Assembly: GCA_040223695.1 (NCBI GenBank)
Contig: JAVKFU010000015.1
Location: forward strand, 632,692 to 696,691
DNA from: Deltaproteobacteria bacterium
GTDB taxonomy: Bacteria; Desulfobacterota_D; UBA1144; Nemesobacterales; UBA2774
Reading direction: 5' to 3'
DNA length: 64,000 nucleotides
Below the pieces are notes generated by a model. It ran no database searches. It was not told where the DNA came from and was given only the letters and a program-made list of their open reading frames with translations. Position 1 is the first letter of the stretch. Each line of letters opens with the position of its first letter. The position numbers and the translations under genes are program-made. Below are positions 59,317 through 64,000 of this stretch, piece by piece.

Positions 59317-60057
59317 ATGAAGAACCCGAAGGAATTAATACTACCCCTCCTCGTAGTCGTGACGCTGACCGTAGTAGCAACCTGGATTCTTTACAACTTT
59401 CTGGGAAAGTTTATTTTCTATGAAAAACTTCACAGAGGCGGCGTCGAAACGAACGCGGTTCTCCTGGATAAAGGCATCTTCCGGAACGGAAGGCTGTTTA
59501 AGACATCCGTTACCAGCGCTTCAAACGACCACAGGTTCGTAGTGGCCTTCGCTACCGAAGAAGGTGTTACCGGAAAATGCACCATCTCTGTATCCAAGCG
59601 AACATATGATGTGATCTCTAAGCGCGACGAGCTTTTAATTTCCTACCTGCCGGAAGACCCCGCGCAATGCACCATCCCTAACAGCTTTGAACTAAACCGC
59701 TACCTGGTTATTACCGTACTGGCCGTGGCTGTCTTCCTTCTCCTTCTGGCAGCCGGTTTCGTCTTGTATATCTACAAATCATTCAAAAAACCCTCCTCCC
59801 GGCATCTTGTCCCCCTCACAAATAACCTAGACCTTCCGGGCGACGGGCTTACCTGTCCCAAATGCGGCTCCGGGATGACCGAGGGCTACCTCCCCGCCGT
59901 GGGCGGCGTCTCCTGGAGAGACAGAGACGACCCTGTGGGCATTCCAACGATGCTTACCGGACTTCCGGGAACAACTTTTTGGTTAAAACGTCCGAAACTG
60001 CATGCGTATCACTGTGAGTCATGCCATATAATTACGTTTAGGTATGGCTCACAATAG
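59317..60057 (+). CDS. membrane protein with C-terminal zinc-ribbon (CPKCGS...CESCH)
   Basis: N-terminal TM helix, a second TM helix mid-protein, C-terminal Cys4 ribbon. Confidence 0.4.
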   Translation: MKNPKELILPLLVVVTLTVVATWILYNFLGKFIFYEKLHRGGVETNAVLLDKGIFRNGRLFKTSVTSASNDHRFVVAFATEEGVTGKCTISVSKRTYDVISKRDELLISYLPEDPAQCTIPNSFELNRYLVITVLAVAVFLLLLAAGFVLYIYKSFKKPSSRHLVPLTNNLDLPGDGLTCPKCGSGMTEGYLPAVGGVSWRDRDDPVGIPTMLTGLPGTTFWLKRPKLHAYHCESCHIITFRYGSQ

Positions 60058-60230
60058 ACTGTAGTTATTATACTTAATGTCGCAATAGTAATTATCCTCC
60101 CTCTTGTGTTATTTGTGATTCCGCTATCCTTTAAAAAATACCGTAAAAAATACCGTAATTTTCTATTGTATTTCCCGCTTTATCCCTTATTCTTCATAAA
60201 CGTACTTTAATTATTCAGGAGAGCCGATAT

Positions 60231-61088
60231 ATGTTCAGGAAATCGTACCTCTTTATACTGCTCCTATCTGTCACACTCGCAGGCGCTGCGAGCGTGCTTT
60301 CATGTACCAGGGGAGAAGAAAAGGAAAATAAACCGGAAAAGAGCGCTGAAGCAGCCCCCGAACCGACAGCGGGCCCGACCCGGACAAAAGAGAACAAAAA
60401 AAACGACGATGCGGAACTCAGCACTATCCTCACCCGTTATTACGACGCTATAGGGGGTCGTGAGAACTGGGAGCAGGTCGAAGCCATCAAATATACCGGC
60501 AACATGCAATCAATGGGGAAGCAGTTCAAAGCCGCCCTCGTTTACGAGCGCCCTGATAAATGCAGAATAGATTTCAGCGTCGGCAATATATATTTTATTC
60601 AGGCATACGACGGTGAAAGCGCATGGAAATTCAACCCGACAACAAAGGACAGTAAGCCTGAGTACCTCACAGGTGAAGACGCGGATGATCTGAAGGAAAC
60701 CTGCGACTTCGACGGTCCACTAATCGATCACGAGAATAAAGGCTACACGATCGATTACATGGGCAGGGAAAATGTCGAAGGTAAAGACGCCTACAAGCTC
60801 AAAATTACATTCGATACCGGAAACATCGATTACTATTATCTCGCCTCCGAAACCTACCTCCCTTTCCTCGTAAAGGGAACAACAACTTTCGAGGGTAAAG
60901 AGACCGGCACGACGACCACGATCGACGAGTATATTGACACGGGCGGATTAATTCTTCCTTATTATGTCAAATTCGACATGGACGACGTTGAAGGAAGCGA
61001 GATATTCACAGTATCCACTATAGAGGTCAACCCGGAAATCGAGGAAAACGTATTTACTTTTCCCCGCCGCATCGAAGACTCTTACTAA
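60231..61088 (+). CDS. hypothetical secreted lipoprotein (paralog of 58353..59144)
   Basis: ASVLSC lipobox. LTRYYDAIGG...WEQVEAIKYTGN matches the paralog. Confidence 0.4.
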   Translation: MFRKSYLFILLLSVTLAGAASVLSCTRGEEKENKPEKSAEAAPEPTAGPTRTKENKKNDDAELSTILTRYYDAIGGRENWEQVEAIKYTGNMQSMGKQFKAALVYERPDKCRIDFSVGNIYFIQAYDGESAWKFNPTTKDSKPEYLTGEDADDLKETCDFDGPLIDHENKGYTIDYMGRENVEGKDAYKLKITFDTGNIDYYYLASETYLPFLVKGTTTFEGKETGTTTTIDEYIDTGGLILPYYVKFDMDDVEGSEIFTVSTIEVNPEIEENVFTFPRRIEDSY

Positions 61089-62017
61089 CGTAAAATCTGT
61101 GCTTATACCGATTTCTTCCTCTCTCCTTCGTTTGTTAAAAGAGGGCACTCGAGCCCGCTCGTCCTGAGTCCAATCGAAGGACGTCATCCTTTCGTAAGCA
61201 ATACAACGTGGTCTTCTTAGGAAACACACTTGATCTTTTCAGAAGACACACAATGTGTGTGCTTCTTTTCATCAAGGAAAAGAAAATATTTTGCCTTCTC
61301 TGTACCATTGCTAGGACGAATTCGAGCGAGCAACAGTTCTGAGCGACCTTAGCTGAATGCAACGATGTACTTGAACTTTGGGCAAACTTTCTGAAAATAA
61401 AACATTCGGACGCCTTCTGTAAAAGGCATGGTAGTTATTGTGCTACGAGAAGCGGCACTTGAATAGTAAAGCGGCAAGGTAATCCCACTTTTCATACCTT
61501 CAGTTGTAAGAGCGGCTTCCAGCCGCGATTCCTTTAATTTTCTTCTTTAGAAAAAATAGCGTGATTCTACGAATTCTGCGAGAATCCTCTGCCAGCTCGA
61601 CAATCCTTAATGGTCCCATTCCTTCCATATACGAGCAGATGCTATCTGCCGCTCATGCTGAGGCAGGTCGAAGCGCGTCATTTCAAGCCCTTTGATAAGC
61701 TCGGGATAAACTCCGCGCGGCAATACCGTCCTTGTCTTTAGTCCCTTCCTTAGAAAAAGGAAGGTTAGGATGGATTTATTTCTTCCTTTGTCATCCCCAA
61801 ACGCCTTTATCGGAAATCCGATTCCTTAAAATTCCTTCCCCCTTTCGGTTGGGGAAGGCCAGGATGGGGGGCACACCTGTCTCTACAATTTCCCCTCGGA
61901 ACATAATCAGCATATATCCCCGCCACCCCCGCTCCCCTCACCCGAACAATAGCGCATATCATCCGCCGTTGACATCCTACCGCCTTTATGAGAACATCTG
62001 TATTAGAGGCAATATAA

Positions 62018-63448
62018 ATGCTGAAAACTCCCGAAGAATATGCCGAGAGTCTGAGAGCATTCTCACCTATCGTCTATATTAAAGGCAAAAAGATACAGAG
62101 CGTACCGGACGAGCCGCTTCTCCTGCCTGGGCTGAACGCAATCTCTCTCACTTATGAATACGCCCTTCTGCCCGAATACGCCGACACCATGACAGCCGTC
62201 TCTCACGTAACCGGAAGAAGGGTAAATCGGCTGCTTCACATAAATACCAGCCAGGACGATCTGCTCAAGAAGCTCGAGATGATCAGGCTTCTCTGCCGCG
62301 AGACAGGCTGCGCGCAGCGCTACCTCTGTCATGATGCTCTGAACGCGCTCTATGAGACAACACACAATGTCGATCTTGAATTCGGCACTGACTATCACCT
62401 GAAATTTCTCAATTACCTTGAATACGTCCAGGATGAGGACCTTACCACATGCGTCGCCATGACAGACGCGAAAGGCGACCGCTCTAAGCGTCCCCATGAA
62501 CAGCACGACCCTGATCTTTATCTGAGGATAGTTGACCGGAACAAGAACGGGATAGTAGTAAGGGGAATAAAGGCGATTGTGACAGGTGCGCCCTACACTC
62601 ACGAAATAATCGTGCTACCCACACGCAATATGACAGCTGAAGACGAGGACTATGCCGTTTCTTTCGCCGTTCCCATAGACACAGAAGGCGTGGAGATGGT
62701 CTCCCGCCAGGCGGGACGCCCCGGGGAGCCGGGAGCGCCGCTTACCTCACGCTACGGGCAAGCCACTGCGCAAATTCTATTCGATGATGTTTTTGTTCCC
62801 TGGGACAGGGTATTTCTCGCGGGCGAATGGCAGCTTGCCGGGTCTCTCACCGAGAGTTTCGCAACGCACCACAGGCTCAGCTGTATCGGCGCGCGCGCCG
62901 GACTCGGAGATATGCTTATCGGCGCCTCGGTATCTCTGGCCGAGGCTAACGGACTCGATGCTCATAAAACCGGGCACGTCAGGGACAAGATTGCCGACCT
63001 TATAAAATATGTGGAATCTTTCTACGCGTGCGGCGTTACTTCCACAGTTTTCGGGAATGAGACACGCGCCGGTAATTTCATACCCGACCCCGTCTATTCA
63101 AACATCGGCAAGCTCCTTCAGGGCACTCATATTTACGATATGTTCAGAATCGTCCACGATACTTCCGGAGGTATCCTGGTTGCGTCCCCTTACCCGGAGG
63201 ACATGGAATCCCCCGATGTTGGCGAAAGATTAAACCGTTATTTACGGGGACGTGAAGACATACCCGCCGATTACAGAATTTCGGTCGCGAGGCTCCTCGA
63301 AGACATAACCGCGTCTTACCAGGGCGGGTGGTACTCGGTAATAAGCATTTCGGGAGGCGGATCCCCGGAAGCCACCAAGCTCGAAATCATGCGCAAGTAC
63401 GACATAGAAGAGCGTAAATCACTCGCCGAAAAAATTTCGGGCGCATGA
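62018..63448 (+). CDS. 4-hydroxybutyryl-CoA dehydratase/vinylacetyl-CoA isomerase (AbfD) / HpaB-family flavoprotein
   Basis: EEYAESLRAFSPIVYIKGKKI and TDAKGDRSKRPHEQHDPDLYLRIVDRNKNGIVVRGIKA closely match the conserved N-terminal and core of the AbfD/HpaB family. Confidence 0.75.
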   Translation: MLKTPEEYAESLRAFSPIVYIKGKKIQSVPDEPLLLPGLNAISLTYEYALLPEYADTMTAVSHVTGRRVNRLLHINTSQDDLLKKLEMIRLLCRETGCAQRYLCHDALNALYETTHNVDLEFGTDYHLKFLNYLEYVQDEDLTTCVAMTDAKGDRSKRPHEQHDPDLYLRIVDRNKNGIVVRGIKAIVTGAPYTHEIIVLPTRNMTAEDEDYAVSFAVPIDTEGVEMVSRQAGRPGEPGAPLTSRYGQATAQILFDDVFVPWDRVFLAGEWQLAGSLTESFATHHRLSCIGARAGLGDMLIGASVSLAEANGLDAHKTGHVRDKIADLIKYVESFYACGVTSTVFGNETRAGNFIPDPVYSNIGKLLQGTHIYDMFRIVHDTSGGILVASPYPEDMESPDVGERLNRYLRGREDIPADYRISVARLLEDITASYQGGWYSVISISGGGSPEATKLEIMRKYDIEERKSLAEKISGA

Positions 63449-63699
63449 CAACAGCACCCCAGCTGTGCAGGCCGCACATAACTTCTCTGCCTTCCCTACA
63501 CCGTCACTGCAAGCAAAGTGCATCATGCGAGTACAACAATTCCACCTTTGTCTTTTTATCTTTCCCTTTAAATGAGAACGGGTGCAAATGAGTAAGCATT
63601 CGAACACTATTACCTCAAATTAAAGTAAGTTCTTTAGATTTCAGCACAAAAATTATGGAGTAAATTAAGGGGGTGTGACTAATTATCTAAGTACTCCCT

Positions 63700-64000
63700 C
63701 ATGCTGAGCCCAGGCTTTAGTCGTCATCCTAAATTCATTTCGGGATCTGATCTTTTGTTTTTTTCCTTTCTCGATATTCACAAACGATTTCGAGCTAGTG
63801 AGGAATCGATCGCTCTCTCCTAAAAGCCAGCATGTAACTTTCTTGACTCCTATATTTCATATTATCTAATCGGCGTTGAGAAGATCGCTTGTTAATGCAT
63901 AAAAAATGTTTTGGACTTCGGGAGGAATTAAAACATTTTAGCGTTCATAAGGGATTTTTAGCCACATTCTGTGCAGTCGGTCATTTTTACTTCTTTTTAT
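63700..64000. repeat. modular composite repeat copy 4 (runs off window end)
   Basis: gtcatcctaaattcatttcgggatc hairpin, followed by cgatattcacaaacgatttcgagctagtgaggaatcgatcgc...ggaattaaaacattttagcgttcataagggatttttagccacattctgtgcagtcggtcatttttacttc. Confidence 0.75.

Noticed and set aside
29701-64000. Possible CRISPR array suggested by the many recurring short repeats
   Set aside because: The repeats are dispersed across the whole window, in both orientations, with irregular spacing of several kb. They are not tandem direct repeats separated by unique spacers of similar length, and no cas genes are present.
1-64000. tRNA, rRNA or tmRNA genes
   Set aside because: I scanned intergenic regions for the GTTCRANYC T-loop with a compatible acceptor stem 50-60 nt upstream, and for rRNA-like conserved blocks. 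I found none.

Overview
This 64-kb window looks like an environmental bacterial contig of roughly 50% GC. Nothing here points to a particular taxon, and an LA2681-type (Leptospira-like) protein family is contradicted by the GC content. I found no rRNA, tRNA or CRISPR array.

Housekeeping and accessory genes. A partial DUF488 gene opens the window. Other readable products include a c-type cytochrome, a PAS/GAF hybrid histidine kinase-response regulator, a 13-blade NHL-type repeat protein, a membrane-anchored GH25 lysozyme and an APH-family kinase. A plus-strand run encodes SRPBCC, NTF2-like, DUF1801 and LLM flavin-oxidoreductase proteins. There is also a PafA-like alkaline phosphatase, a MerR + SnoaL pair, a SigZ-type ECF sigma factor, a secreted alpha/beta-hydrolase, an NmrA-like SDR, an MFS transporter, a serine beta-lactamase-family hydrolase, an IMPACT/YigZ protein and an AbfD/HpaB-family enzyme. 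Many small secreted or lipoprotein ORFs have no assignable function.

Repeats. The intergenic space is unusually rich in repeats. A modular composite element of about 280 bp occurs in at least 12 full or partial copies. A second family consists of short 'gtcatYctga...' hairpin units that show compensatory stem substitutions. A third family pairs a GC-rich hairpin with the tail 'ttaggatggggg'.

Phage-tail-like module (30.1-45.3 kb, minus strand). This is the most interesting locus. It holds tail-fibre-motif proteins, secreted paralogs, a beta-helix protein, a 491-aa candidate major tail protein followed by a terminator, and an acidic ORF overlapped in the -1 frame by a downstream ORF, with slippery-looking motifs in the overlap (G/GT-like). 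A 1311-aa protein resembling a tape measure protein completes it. Between the G/GT-like genes and the tape-measure-like gene sits a block of four tandem zinc-ribbon membrane-protein paralogs on the opposite strand, interleaved with repeats.

Other notable loci. An AT-rich island of about 2.1 kb encodes a TPR + HEPN (RNxxxH) protein and a small zinc-ribbon membrane protein. A 33-codon ORF missing from the six-frame track is 30% cysteine and metallothionein-like. A 66-aa ORF looks like a relic of sigma-70 region 4.
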